Translations under genes and position numbers: made by a program
Source: a virus
Length of the DNA: 64,000 bases
IMG/VR virus record: IMGVR_UViG_3300035701_000002
Reading direction: 5' to 3' (one strand)
In this document: positions 8,198 through 17,734 of the stretch, piece after piece
Layout: each line of letters starts with the position of its first letter
Numbering within the stretch: the stretch's first letter is position 1
The notes under the pieces: model-generated
Database searches by the model: none
The model's input: only the letters and a program-made list of their open reading frames with translations
What the model was told of the DNA's origin: nothing

Positions 8198-10537
8198 TCA
8201 GATCTTTACTTCCTTCTCCAGAAGCTCGGACTTGAACTCGATCTTCTGACCGTCGACGTCGACGGTCATTGTGTTCTCGTCGAGGCTCTTGAACTCGGAG
8301 AACCAGACCTGGCCGACGATGAGGCTGAAGGTCGTCTTGGCGATCTCGAAGATGAGGCCGCGGACGGTCTTCTTGGAGGCCTTCGCCTCCCCCTCGAGCC
8401 ACGCCTCGAGGACCTTGTCCTTGTCGGCCGCCTTCTTGTAGATCGGGCTCGCGAGAAAGGCCTCCGTGTCGTCGTACGCGGACTTCATCAGGAGGCCGCC
8501 CGGATTGAGCTTCCCCTTCGCCACCTGCTCGCGGAGCTCCTTCAGGGACGGGAGCTTGGACAGGCCCTTCAGGGACGTCTTGAGCTCCTTGCTCATGTAG
8601 AGGTCGGTGGACTCCGCCTGGACGGACTTCGGGTTGAAGCCGCCGTCGGTGATGCCCTGCTCCTTGAGCCAGGCCGCGGCCTCATCGCCGTACTGCGAGG
8701 CGATGCCCTCCGCCTTCTTGGAGGGGAGGAGCTCCTTGACGTATGCGTTGAAGACCTTCTGCGCGGCCTGGGCCTTCGTAAGCTCGTAGTTGCGGACGAA
8801 GAAGTCCTTCGCGCTCACGTCCTTCACCATCTTCCGGTTGATCACCGGGAGGGTGTCGAGGAAGACCAGCGCGCGCCCGTCGCCGTCGATCGTCATCGCC
8901 CCCTGAGGGACCGTGCCGTCGCGGAGGAGGCCGGTGAGCTTCTGGTTCGTCTCCTTCGAGAGCTTCACGGGGAGCGTCTTGACGTTCACGAGGCCGTCCT
9001 TGACGACCGCGTAGTTGCGGAAGACGGAGGTCGGGAACTTGGCGGGGATCCTCTTCGCGACGTCGCCCGACGCGCGCGCCGAGACGTCCACGATCCCGGG
9101 CTTGCGGACGAGGACCGAGATGTTCGGACGGTCCTCGTTGTACGTGAGGTTCGCGATAGAGTACCCGTCCGGGGCCGGATCGGCCTCGAACCTGAGAGCC
9201 TCGGGCTTGGACGAGATGGCCGCGATCTTCGAGGCGAAGTCGGCGATCTTCTTCGCGTCCTTGGTCTTCCCCATCTCGGAGGTGAGCTTCTCGACCTCGG
9301 CCTGCTCCTCGTCGGTCAGGACGGACGAGGCGTCGACGCGCCCGCGCCCGATGCGCGAGTACTTGAAGCTCGGATCCTCGAGAAGGAGCCGGTTTCCGTC
9401 GTCCTCCGAGAGGATCCGGAGCATGTCGAGGACGGTGAAAGCGTCGTCGCGCGGGACCTTGTCCGGATCCCAGCCGGCGGTCCACCGGGCCTTCGGATCG
9501 AACGCGGCCGCCTTGGCGGCGTCCATGAACTCCGAGTACTTCTGCTTTCCGAAGCAACCGCCGAACTGCTCGATGAACCGAACGTCGCCGGTCGACCTGA
9601 GGAGGGGGAGGACGACGTCCGGCTTCATGCGGACGCTGAAGAGCGACACGGCGGCGTACGCGGAGTCGACGAAGGGAACGGCCTTCTGGGCCTTCGAGGC
9701 GTCGGAGACGGACTCGGGGCTCTTGTCCCCGACGGCGCTCGGCGACAGATACCAGACCTCGGCGAGGTCCTCGGGGACGTGCGCCTTCCCGCCCTCGACG
9801 GAGAAGGTGACGAGATCGCCGGCGACGAGGGCCCAGGCGAACCCGCCGACGGTGTCGGCCTTGACCTGGATCTCCGCGCGCGGGGCTCCGGAGAGGGTCT
9901 TCTGCATGGCCGCCTCGAAGAGCGGAGCGTACTTGTCGAAGTCGTCCGCGAAGATGAGGCTGCCTCCGGCCTTCTCGGCCATCGCGGTGAGGAGGGGGCG
10001 GTCAGCGTAGTAGCCGTATTCGACGAAGGTCGACGAGGAGAAGCTCCCCGCGGCCTTCTCGACGGCCTTGAGGAGGTCCTGGCGCGGCCATTGGTTGTCG
10101 CATCCGTCGCTCATGAAGAAGAGCGAGAAGGCGCTGCCGGGGAGCTTCTTGGCGACGCGGGCGACGAGGGCGGCGGCCTCCTCGATCGGCTCCTTGAAGC
10201 CGGTCATGCCGACGGTCTTGAGCCAGCGGTCTATCGCGGCGTTCACGTCCTTGAGGTCCGCGAGGGTGGCGACGGGCTCGGCCTCGAGTAGAGTGCCGAA
10301 CTGGCCCCGTCCGGAGAACCACACGATGCTGATCGTGTCCTTCTCCTTCAGCATCTTCGGGAGCTTCTTCTTGAGCTGCTCGCGGATGCGCGGGAGGTCC
10401 GAGCACATGCTCCCGGAGCAGTCGATGACCGCCACGTGGTTGACGGGGGTCTCTACCGGCTTCTTCGGGGCGCCCTTCCCGACCTCCTGACGAACGAGGT
10501 ACAGGGAGTCGGAAACCTTGTGGGACGTGGTCTTCAT
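8198..10537 (-). CDS. von Willebrand factor type A (VWA) domain protein, 779 aa
   Basis: N-terminal MIDAS elements are present (VIDCSGSM ... FFMSDGCDN). The C-terminal region is long and uncharacterised. Confidence 0.7.
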   Translation of the reverse strand: MKTTSHKVSDSLYLVRQEVGKGAPKKPVETPVNHVAVIDCSGSMCSDLPRIREQLKKKLPKMLKEKDTISIVWFSGRGQFGTLLEAEPVATLADLKDVNAAIDRWLKTVGMTGFKEPIEEAAALVARVAKKLPGSAFSLFFMSDGCDNQWPRQDLLKAVEKAAGSFSSSTFVEYGYYADRPLLTAMAEKAGGSLIFADDFDKYAPLFEAAMQKTLSGAPRAEIQVKADTVGGFAWALVAGDLVTFSVEGGKAHVPEDLAEVWYLSPSAVGDKSPESVSDASKAQKAVPFVDSAYAAVSLFSVRMKPDVVLPLLRSTGDVRFIEQFGGCFGKQKYSEFMDAAKAAAFDPKARWTAGWDPDKVPRDDAFTVLDMLRILSEDDGNRLLLEDPSFKYSRIGRGRVDASSVLTDEEQAEVEKLTSEMGKTKDAKKIADFASKIAAISSKPEALRFEADPAPDGYSIANLTYNEDRPNISVLVRKPGIVDVSARASGDVAKRIPAKFPTSVFRNYAVVKDGLVNVKTLPVKLSKETNQKLTGLLRDGTVPQGAMTIDGDGRALVFLDTLPVINRKMVKDVSAKDFFVRNYELTKAQAAQKVFNAYVKELLPSKKAEGIASQYGDEAAAWLKEQGITDGGFNPKSVQAESTDLYMSKELKTSLKGLSKLPSLKELREQVAKGKLNPGGLLMKSAYDDTEAFLASPIYKKAADKDKVLEAWLEGEAKASKKTVRGLIFEIAKTTFSLIVGQVWFSEFKSLDENTMTVDVDGQKIEFKSELLEKEVKI

Positions 10538-10642
10538 ATTCTTCTCCGTATCGGTTTCGACGCGCCCTTATGGCGAGTCGTCAAGGACGATACCGGGCGG
10601 GCGTCCGGCGTAAGTTCCGGGACGGAGGCCGTAGAGGATGTC

Positions 10643-10909
10643 ATGAGGACAGAGGTGTGGAAGAGGGCCCTCCCGGACGGGAGCGAGGCCCGCGTCGACA
10701 AGGCTTACCCCCAGGGCGGGGATCGCAAGGAGAGGGAGTACCTCGTGGTCGTGGTCAAGCCGGACGGACACAAGGTCGGGGCTTGCCTCGTCGGGGAGGA
10801 CGGCGTCCCAAAGAGGTGGTACGACATGCAGTACGACCGCGCGGCGATCGAGTCAGCGCTGAAGGACCTCCCGGAGGCGCTGCTGGCCGAGCAGATCCAC
10901 GGGACCTGA
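10643..10909 (+). CDS. hypothetical protein (88 aa)
   Basis: Internal Met of ORF 10436..10909; the upstream part is Gly/Arg-rich. Divergent from the VWA gene. Confidence 0.4.
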   Translation: MRTEVWKRALPDGSEARVDKAYPQGGDRKEREYLVVVVKPDGHKVGACLVGEDGVPKRWYDMQYDRAAIESALKDLPEALLAEQIHGT

Positions 10910-10912
10910 GCT

Positions 10913-11881
10913 TCAGCTCTTCGGGTTGACGGCCCAGCCGCCCTTGCGGAACCAGTCCATGTTTTTCTCGAGGAGCTGGGGGTATGTGCCCACGCCGCGG
11001 TTCGACTGCGCCCGGGAGAGCGCCTCGATCTCGGACATGCCGACGTCGGAGCGCTGGTTCTTGACCAGGTGCTGAAGGAGGGCCTTCGGGGAGCCGGTCG
11101 GCGTCCCGTGCCTCTTTTCCCACTCCTTGCCCTTGGCGACCGCGGGAGGGTTGGCGAGGACGTCGGCGATGATCTGCTTGAGCTCTCGCGCGATCATCGC
11201 GGAGTCGACCTGGGCCTCGACGATGTTCTCCTGGGCGTCGATGAGGAGGTCGACGTCGCCGATGTCGACGGCGCCGGAGATGGCCCCGCCGCCGGAGCCC
11301 TCGCCCTCACCCTCGTGCGTGTCGGCGCAACCGCCGCCGAGGAGCTTGTTGTAGTAGCACGCGGTGACGTAGAGCTCGACGAGGGCCCCGCCCTTCGTAT
11401 GGCCCTTCCACGGGCCGGCCGGGGTCTCCGGGACGGCAGGGGCCTTCAGGCCCCTCGGGGGGACGGGGCGCTCAGAGTCGGGCTTCTCCGACTTGAAGAC
11501 GTGGGGGTCGTAAGTGCACTGGACGAGGATGCCGCCGATGAGGAGCTCGGCGTCCCAGGACATCGGGCGGACGCCGAAGGAGACATACCCGTCGCGGAAG
11601 CCCTTGCCCCCGGGGTTGGTGTCATAGTAGTCCCCCATGCTGAACTCGCCGGGGACTGCCTTCACAATCTCGGCCATGAGGGCATCCCTCAAGGTCAGAC
11701 CGAGGGTCCTACTGGTGGCGAGGAGGAGCCTCGCGAGCGCCGACGCGACACGGCTCCGGCTCGGCGAGTCCGACGACTCGATGACGGAGGCGATGAACCT
11801 GAGGCGGAAGGACAGATCACCCGGCTGCATGCCGTGGGGAAGGGATAGAAGACCTAGGGGGTAGGCGCCGGAGGCGGACAC
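10913..11881 (-). CDS. hypothetical protein (322 aa)
   Basis: Long ORF with normal composition and a Gly-rich acidic linker. Confidence 0.5.
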   Translation of the reverse strand: MSASGAYPLGLLSLPHGMQPGDLSFRLRFIASVIESSDSPSRSRVASALARLLLATSRTLGLTLRDALMAEIVKAVPGEFSMGDYYDTNPGGKGFRDGYVSFGVRPMSWDAELLIGGILVQCTYDPHVFKSEKPDSERPVPPRGLKAPAVPETPAGPWKGHTKGGALVELYVTACYYNKLLGGGCADTHEGEGEGSGGGAISGAVDIGDVDLLIDAQENIVEAQVDSAMIARELKQIIADVLANPPAVAKGKEWEKRHGTPTGSPKALLQHLVKNQRSDVGMSEIEALSRAQSNRGVGTYPQLLEKNMDWFRKGGWAVNPKS

Positions 11882-12645
11882 GTACAGGAGCTCGCGGGGC
11901 CCGGGGGGCCGACCATGCCGGGGACCCCCTGGGGCCCGGGGTCGTTCTTCGGTCCAAGGTTTCCCTGAAGGCCGGGCGGTCCCTGGGGGCCGGCGGGGCC
12001 CGCGGCACCGTCCAGGCCGCGGGGGCCCGTGGGGCCCGGAGGCCCGGACGGGCCGCGGAAGCTCGAGAAGGCGACGGGGTCCCTGACGAGGGTCGCCACG
12101 ATGTCCTTACGGAGCTTTGCGTCCTGAGAGAGCTTCGTGACGACGATGAGGCGGAAGTCGTCGTTGTTCAGCATGGCGTCCACGAGCCGCGAGATGCGCT
12201 GGGCGTCGGCCGAGTTCACCTCGGCGACGGCCGCACCCTTGGCGGACTTCGCGGACTCGGCGTCGACGCGGTCCCAGAAGGCCTTGTCGTCGGTGAGCTT
12301 CTTGACGCGACCGTCGCAACGGTCGTCCACCTTGGAGAGGAACGGACCGTCCTGGAGAAGGTCGTCGGTAGCCCTCCTCCTGAACCCGGAGTTCTCCGCG
12401 TACTCGTTCCTGACGACCTCTCGAGACCAGTCCTTGACCTGAGACTGGGCCTTCAGGGTCATGGCGCCGACGGCGAGGACGCAGACGACGGAGACGTATG
12501 GGGCGCTCTTCCGGAACGCCTCCACAAACCTGTGGAGGGCGGACGGAGGAGGCTCGGGAGGGGGCTCGGAGACGCGGACGGTCGACTCAAGGTGTATATC
12601 GGCCTCGACATGGACGTCGGATCCGGAGGGAGGGGGCTCGGTCAT
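11854..12645 (-). CDS. collagen-like (Gly-X-Y repeat) protein with N-terminal TM segment
   Basis: TM segment [16 protein letters not shown]-terminal [53 protein letters not shown] (about 18 G-X-Y triplets). Confidence 0.6.
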   Translation of the reverse strand: MTEPPPSGSDVHVEADIHLESTVRVSEPPPEPPPSALHRFVEAFRKSAPYVSVVCVLAVGAMTLKAQSQVKDWSREVVRNEYAENSGFRRRATDDLLQDGPFLSKVDDRCDGRVKKLTDDKAFWDRVDAESAKSAKGAAVAEVNSADAQRISRLVDAMLNNDDFRLIVVTKLSQDAKLRKDIVATLVRDPVAFSSFRGPSGPPGPTGPRGLDGAAGPAGPQGPPGLQGNLGPKNDPGPQGVPGMVGPPGPASSCTCPPPAPTP

Positions 12646-13295
12646 TCGGCGGCCCCCGGAGGCGCGTACGCATGGACGAGCCTCTGATAGTCAGGGCTGG
12701 GGGCGCCGGCTGGGGTCTGGGAGGCTGCATGAAGGGCGATCTCGGCGGACATCCCCTTCTCCTTCACGAAGTAGCCGGCAACGAGGGCGCCCGTCCTGTC
12801 GGCTCCGAGGGAGCAGTGGGCGTAGAGGGCGATCTTCGGTCCGGCCTCAAGGAGCTCCTGGACGTAGGAGACGAGGCCAGAGAAGTTGTACCCGGGCCAC
12901 CCGACGAAGTCGGACGGGTCCTGTCCGTCGGCAAGCCCCTCGATGGGCCACCAGATAAGGCTCGCGGCGTGGCGGCCTCCGCCGGCGTTCAGGTGCGTAC
13001 CCCAAAGCTTCCGGGAGTCATATCCCGGCTGGAGGTACGGGGGCCAGTACGATACGCCCCACTGATCTGGGAGGTCGAAGGCCTGTAGCTCGCGGAGGAG
13101 CATGGGGTGCTCCCCGGTGCAGTCGATCAGGGACACGTCCAGGAAGGCGTATTCGGAGAGGTCCACGCCGAGCTTGGACCCGATCTCCGAGTACGCGAAC
13201 GATCCGTCCGGGAGGATGGGGACCGGACCGCGGATCAGGAGGCTCTGGCCGACCGTATCGACGAGGACGACTCGAGCAGGATCGAATACTCCCAT
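12642..13295 (-). CDS. protein tyrosine / dual-specificity phosphatase (CX5R P-loop)
   Basis: Active-site signature [10 protein letters not shown] (C-x5-R). Start placed at Met MGVFDPARV (13295), because the N-terminal 226 codons of the listed ORF are Arg/Pro-rich and overlap other ORFs. Confidence 0.55.
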   Translation of the reverse strand: MGVFDPARVVLVDTVGQSLLIRGPVPILPDGSFAYSEIGSKLGVDLSEYAFLDVSLIDCTGEHPMLLRELQAFDLPDQWGVSYWPPYLQPGYDSRKLWGTHLNAGGGRHAASLIWWPIEGLADGQDPSDFVGWPGYNFSGLVSYVQELLEAGPKIALYAHCSLGADRTGALVAGYFVKEKGMSAEIALHAASQTPAGAPSPDYQRLVHAYAPPGAAE

Positions 13296-13318
13296 GCAGA
13301 ACGAGGGCAATCGGAGGC

Positions 13319-13498
13319 TCAGGATTTCATGATCTGGCGGACGACCTCGTCCATGCAGTCCGGCCGGGGGCGGCTCGAGTCGGGCGCACGAAAGCCGCAG
13401 ACCTGGCAGACCTCCTCCCAGTACGGCTTGCTCCCATAATGGTTGCGGACCGGCACCCAGACGTGGCCCTGAGGGTCCGGTCTTCGAGAATCGGGCAT
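13319..13498 (-). CDS. small zinc-ribbon protein (59 aa), HDW/CxxC paralog, tail VVRQIMKS
   Basis: Translated here by hand: MPDSRRPDPQGHVWVPVRNHYGSKPYWEEVCQVCGFRAPDSSRPRPDCMDEVVRQIMKS*. It is below the 60-aa cutoff of the ORF track. Confidence 0.45.
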   Translation of the reverse strand: MPDSRRPDPQGHVWVPVRNHYGSKPYWEEVCQVCGFRAPDSSRPRPDCMDEVVRQIMKS

Positions 13499-13945
13499 TC
13501 AGGATTCCATGACCTGCTTGACGGCCTTCACCCTGTCTCGGTACAGGGCGTCCGGGGCGAGAGAGTACTCGATCTCGTAGCAGTCCGGGAGCTTGGCCCA
13601 GAAGCGCTGGTTGCGGGCCGGCTTCTGGCCCTTCATCACCTTCCACGAAATGCTGTCGAAGTCGCTCCCGACCTGGAGCGCAGACTTGCTGAAGGTCCGG
13701 ATGTAGACGCGGTCGCACTCCAAGACAGAGCCCTTGGGCAAGGTCATCCTGAGGGACTTCAGCCTGCCGTACTGCGAACGGCCGGCCGCGTCCTTCTCGT
13801 ATCCGTCCCTCCACGGGTCGAACTTCGCTGGGACGAGCTTGTGCTCCTGGGCGAACTTGACGTTTCGCCTCTCGAGGTAGAGGTCGAACTCCCAGGCCTT
13901 CTCGAGGGTGATGCGGTCGCCGCACGCGGGGATGAACAGCTTCAT
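13499..13945 (-). CDS. hypothetical protein (148 aa) with C-terminal tail VKQVMES
   Basis: ORF with normal composition; ends ...RVKAVKQVMES*. Its start codon overlaps the stop of the upstream ORF (ATGA). Confidence 0.5.
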   Translation of the reverse strand: MKLFIPACGDRITLEKAWEFDLYLERRNVKFAQEHKLVPAKFDPWRDGYEKDAAGRSQYGRLKSLRMTLPKGSVLECDRVYIRTFSKSALQVGSDFDSISWKVMKGQKPARNQRFWAKLPDCYEIEYSLAPDALYRDRVKAVKQVMES

Positions 13946-14178
13946 GACTCCATGACCTCCAGGATGGCCTCACGGGCCAGATCGCCGAACAAGTGTTCCC
14001 CGAGCTTGAGGCACAGGGCCGCGACGCGGCGGAGCTCGGTCTGGAGTTCGGCGTCGGCGCGGAACTTCGACCTTCCCGACCGGAGCTTCCTCAGGAGGGT
14101 ACGCTGACGGACGGCCAGGTTCCGCCGCGTCTTGCGAAGACGGACGGCCTTCTTCCATTCCTCCTGGGTCGGCATCAT
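13942..14178 (-). CDS. hypothetical basic protein (78 aa) with C-terminal tail ILEVMES
   Basis: ORF ends ...AREAILEVMES*. Confidence 0.45.
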   Translation of the reverse strand: MMPTQEEWKKAVRLRKTRRNLAVRQRTLLRKLRSGRSKFRADAELQTELRRVAALCLKLGEHLFGDLAREAILEVMES

Positions 14179-14214
14179 GCCCGGGCTACGGCCGGACGGC
14201 GAGAACTTACGGAC

Positions 14215-14529
14215 TCAGACGAGCTCGGCGACGACGGCTCCGGCGCCGTCGTCGGACATGCGCCACGTGCGGACCACGTCGGACATGGGGACGGGCTCCC
14301 GGGACTTCCAGTATCCGTCCGTGTCCAGGTAGAACGTTGGGCCCCTCCTGACCTCGACGAGGTAGGTCGGGCGTCCGGTCTTGCGCGGATCGTCGCGCCC
14401 ATAGTTGACGTAGCTCTCGGCGGTCGGGGCGTCCTCGCTGAAGGAGGTCCCCTCGCTCTCATGGCTGTAGGAGAGGTTGCTCTTGACCGAGCCCGAGGAG
14501 GAGTGCGAGAGGTACTCGGACTCGGTCAT
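14215..14529 (-). CDS. hypothetical protein (start uncertain)
   Basis: The C-terminal part of ORF 14215..14754 has normal composition. The N-terminus overlaps ORF 14676..15119. Confidence 0.3.
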   Translation of the reverse strand: MTESEYLSHSSSGSVKSNLSYSHESEGTSFSEDAPTAESYVNYGRDDPRKTGRPTYLVEVRRGPTFYLDTDGYWKSREPVPMSDVVRTWRMSDDGAGAVVAELV

Positions 14530-14675
14530 GCCCCTGTAGGCGTGGCCGGGGCGCGTCCATCCGGAGGGGACGTCATTGGCGGCGTCCCACTCCTCCGGAC
14601 GTATGACCTCAGGCCCTGAGGCAACGCGGGCGGCTATCTTGAGGAGGTCCACGACGGTAGCGGCGCATCGGAGGA

Positions 14676-15119
14676 CTACCGATACTTCTCGCAGTAGCGC
14701 TCGAGGGACACCCTCTGGTACTCGCCGTCGGAGTAGTCCCGGAGTACCTGCCATGCCGCGCGGCCATCGTCCTTGTCCACGGCCTCCCTCACGCGCTTCC
14801 AGCCCTCGACGTCCGAGTACCAGGCCCGGAGGGCAGACGTATGGGCGGCGACCCGCTTCTCCGCGTCGGCCTTGATCGGGCCGTCCGGGAGCGCCGCGAC
14901 CTGCTCCTTCGTCATCCCCGGACCCTTCGGGGCGTCGTTGGAGGGGTCGTAGTACCAGTGGCCGTCCTTGAGGCGGCCCTTCACGACAAGGAGGGCAGCG
15001 CGGAGGAGGGACTCCTCGTCCGGGACGTGGAAGTAGACCTCGCCATGCTTCTCGTGAAGGACGAGGACGGACGGCTCGGCGACGAGCGGTCTGGGCGGCC
15101 GGGCCTTGGGCTGGGGCAT
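14676..15119 (-). CDS. hypothetical protein (147 aa)
   Basis: ORF with normal composition. Confidence 0.5.
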   Translation of the reverse strand: MPQPKARPPRPLVAEPSVLVLHEKHGEVYFHVPDEESLLRAALLVVKGRLKDGHWYYDPSNDAPKGPGMTKEQVAALPDGPIKADAEKRVAAHTSALRAWYSDVEGWKRVREAVDKDDGRAAWQVLRDYSDGEYQRVSLERYCEKYR

Positions 15120-15156
15120 GCCGTCAGGTACCCCGGCCCAGGCCGGACTTACGCGA

Positions 15157-15435
15157 TCAGACGTCCTCGAGGTCCTCGTCCTCCTCGACGATGTCCTCGT
15201 CCACTTCCTCGTCAGGGTCCTTCAGGTCCTCCGGATCCTCTCCGGAGAACTCCACCCACGCTTCCTTGAGGGCGATCTGGGCCTCGTGGCAGGCCCCCTT
15301 CCTGGAGAGGTGGGCGGAGTAGGTGAAGTACGTCCCGTCCTTCGGGAAGTCGCGGTCGGAGGAGGCGTCCCCGGCCAGGTCGGCGACCGGGTCCCCGCGG
15401 TCCTTCTGCTCGGAGAGCCACTCCGAGAAGCTCAC
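15157..15435 (-). CDS. hypothetical acidic protein (92 aa)
   Basis: Acidic C-terminus (DEEVDEDIVEEDEDLEDV). Confidence 0.45.
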   Translation of the reverse strand: MSFSEWLSEQKDRGDPVADLAGDASSDRDFPKDGTYFTYSAHLSRKGACHEAQIALKEAWVEFSGEDPEDLKDPDEEVDEDIVEEDEDLEDV

Positions 15436-15734
15436 GGCGAGGACTCCTCGAACGGGGGCCCGCTCCCCTCCAGCCTGCGGATGACCTCGTCGATCCGGGG
15501 GAAGGCCCTGCGCCGGCAGGACTCGACCTGCTCCTCGCAGAGCGCCTTCACGAACTCACGCGTCTTCGGTCCGAGGTCCAGGCCGGCCTCCGCCGCCCTC
15601 TTCTGGATCTGCTTGTCGGGGTCCTGGCCTCCCCAGTCCGTGCGGACGAGGGACTTCGACGTCTTGAGGACCTTCTGGCTCGACTCGTCCGAGAGGTCGG
15701 TCTTGCGGCGTCCCGGCTTCCTTGCTTGGATCAT
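15432..15734 (-). CDS. hypothetical protein (100 aa)
   Basis: Internal Met MIQARKPG of ORF 15432..15908; the upstream part is Ser/Thr/Arg-rich overlap. Confidence 0.4.
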   Translation of the reverse strand: MIQARKPGRRKTDLSDESSQKVLKTSKSLVRTDWGGQDPDKQIQKRAAEAGLDLGPKTREFVKALCEEQVESCRRRAFPRIDEVIRRLEGSGPPFEESSP

Positions 15735-15804
15735 GGCGTTCTCCTGTCCGGAACGAGCTCCGATAGCGAACACAGTACAGCGAGATGTGCTCGCTGTAAC
15801 AGGG

Positions 15805-16098
15805 TCATGTCTCCATGACCTGGCGAACACGCCCTTCGTCGCAGTCGTGCCGGTCGAGCTGCTCGGTCGGGTCCGGAACGATGACCTCGTCGTGGACGAA
15901 GTGGTCATATAGGACGGGCTCCGCGGTGCCGCACTCGGAGCACACCCAGAAGAGCTTCCCCTGGTTCCAAGGATGGTCCGGAGAGAACTGGGAGGCGGAC
16001 CGGGCGTGGAGCCGCTCCCGCTGGACGAAGTCCCACCGGCGCCCCCTCGAGTCCTCGTGGAAGCGCTCGTGGAAGCCCTTTCCGTTGACTTCTTTCAC
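15805..16098 (-). CDS. small zinc-ribbon protein (97 aa), HDW/CxxC paralog, tail RVRQVMET
   Basis: ...SPDHPWNQGKLFWVCSECG...HDC...RVRQVMET*. Confidence 0.5.
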   Translation of the reverse strand: MKEVNGKGFHERFHEDSRGRRWDFVQRERLHARSASQFSPDHPWNQGKLFWVCSECGTAEPVLYDHFVHDEVIVPDPTEQLDRHDCDEGRVRQVMET

Positions 16099-16153
16099 GG
16101 GCGCCGGATACGACTGAGCCCCGCAGACTTACGCCGGCGGGGCTCAGAAGGAC

Positions 16154-16618
16154 CTAAGGAGACTTCATGGCCGTTCGGATCCAGTCCGAGAACGCATCCG
16201 GGTCTTGAGTGTTGACTCCAGCCGATTTGACTGCTGAGTAGAGCTTCTGAGGGTCGACCGGATCGACAATCTTGACCGTCCCGTCCGCGAGCTTCCTTCG
16301 GCGTTGACCCAGGATGTTGTTCGGAAGGACCGATGGTTGAGCCTTGTGATGATCATGAGCACGACCCATGATGACCCCAGCCGGAATGAGAGTCTCCGAC
16401 GCGGAGGAGAGGACGCCCCTCATGACCTCGATGTTGTCGAGCTCCACCTTGGACGACTCCGTCGTCTGGTTGTTCCGAGTCTCTACCTCGTTGGGGGCCA
16501 TGAGGTCGTGGTACTGGCGAATCTTGACATTCGCTTCGTCCACCGCTCGCCTGGCGGCGGAACCCGCTTCAGCGATCTTCCCTCTAAGGATCCCGTCACC
16601 GGGAACTGCTTCAGACAT
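16154..16618 (-). CDS. hypothetical protein (154 aa), first gene after the capsid-gene terminator region
   Basis: ORF with normal composition. Confidence 0.5.
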   Translation of the reverse strand: MSEAVPGDGILRGKIAEAGSAARRAVDEANVKIRQYHDLMAPNEVETRNNQTTESSKVELDNIEVMRGVLSSASETLIPAGVIMGRAHDHHKAQPSVLPNNILGQRRRKLADGTVKIVDPVDPQKLYSAVKSAGVNTQDPDAFSDWIRTAMKSP

Positions 16619-16805
16619 GGTGTATCTCCTTTAGTTGGTCCGACACGCCCAAGAGAGCGCCGTGACGAAAGAGTCTACACTCACATGGAGCCCGAACGAC
16701 ACCCCGAAGGTTCAGGGAACTCTCGAACGAACGGACGGATGTCCGGCAGGGCCCAGCCAAGCCCGAATACTTTTCGACCCCGGCCACCGCGAGGGCGACC
16801 AGGGT

Positions 16806-16831
16806 CGAAAGGAACTAGCCGGAGCTAGTTC
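16806..16831 (-). terminator. stem-loop immediately after the major capsid gene stop (GAACUAGC-UCCG-GCUAGUUC, then CUUUCG)
   Basis: Perfect 8-bp inverted repeat gaactagc/gctagttc at 16812-16831, overlapping the MCP stop codon. A second 9-bp inverted repeat tttcgaccc/gggtcgaaa lies at 16772-16810. Confidence 0.45.
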
Positions 16832-17720
16832 AGCGCGTCACGATGAGACGGACGAGACCGCGCGGGTTGTACGCGCCGATCCCGAGGTTCTCGAACATGC
16901 TGAATCCGATCGTCCTCTCCTCGGGGTTGTCCGCCGAGAGGACCGTGAGCTCCGTACGGACCGGGATCCGGCCGAAGTGCTCGGGCTCGCAGCAGACGTA
17001 GACGACGCCGGCGGGGACGAGGCGGCTGACGATGAACTGGGCGTTCCAGCCCGTCGCCATCATGCCCGTCTTCCAGAGGGTCGCCTGCGACTCGATGTCC
17101 AGCACGTCGCGGCCGAACTTGCGGATGTCCGCGTAGTCCGTCGCGTTCATGTAGACCCGAGCCACGCGGAGGTCGTGGCGCTCGATCTCGGCGAACGCGT
17201 CCGCGAGGACGGCCGCGGAGATCGGGGCGACGACCGGGATGTCCGGGTTCGTCCCGCCCGGAAGCGAGTCGAAGCCGTTCACCGCGATTGCGTCCATGAT
17301 GCTGAAGACGCGGTCGTCCTCGGCAGCCTGGATCTGGGCCTTGCCCAGGTCCTGCATGCGCTTCAGGAGGTCGTAGCGACGCTCCTTGATCTGCGTGAGG
17401 GGCGCCTTGGGCAGGGCGGCGATCTCGAAGAGGGGGAAGATCACGCGCCGCGGCTTCATGACCGCGGTGATGCTCTCGCCTTCCTCGCCGATCACGTACG
17501 CCGTGACGTCGGGGTCCTTGTCGTAGATCGGGAGCGCGCCGTCCGGGAGCTGCTCGACGAGGAAGGTCTTGCGACCGACCGACGAGTAGTCCCTGCGCTC
17601 ACGAAGCGGCTGGATCATCGAGGCGGCGAGGCGCTTGCGGCCCGCCGAGGTCCCGATGAACTTGTCGACCATCTGCTCTTTGATCGTGTTGTCCACGACC
17701 TGTACGCCGAAGGGATTCAT
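16830..17720 (-). CDS. major capsid protein, HK97 fold
   Basis: 296 aa with the typical phage major-capsid layout. Sits in the head module and is followed by a long structured non-coding region. Confidence 0.75.
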   Translation of the reverse strand: MNPFGVQVVDNTIKEQMVDKFIGTSAGRKRLAASMIQPLRERRDYSSVGRKTFLVEQLPDGALPIYDKDPDVTAYVIGEEGESITAVMKPRRVIFPLFEIAALPKAPLTQIKERRYDLLKRMQDLGKAQIQAAEDDRVFSIMDAIAVNGFDSLPGGTNPDIPVVAPISAAVLADAFAEIERHDLRVARVYMNATDYADIRKFGRDVLDIESQATLWKTGMMATGWNAQFIVSRLVPAGVVYVCCEPEHFGRIPVRTELTVLSADNPEERTIGFSMFENLGIGAYNPRGLVRLIVTR

Positions 17721-17734
17721 TTTCGTGTATCCTT

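Noticed and set aside
8682-9557. 291-aa Arg/Gly/Pro-rich ORF antisense to the VWA gene
   Set aside because: Antisense artefact of high-GC coding DNA. The VWA frame has normal composition and a MIDAS motif.
12642-13973. Full 443-aa listed ORF for the phosphatase
   Set aside because: The first 226 codons are Arg/Pro-rich and overlap genes 13319..13945 in other frames. The start was moved to Met 13295.
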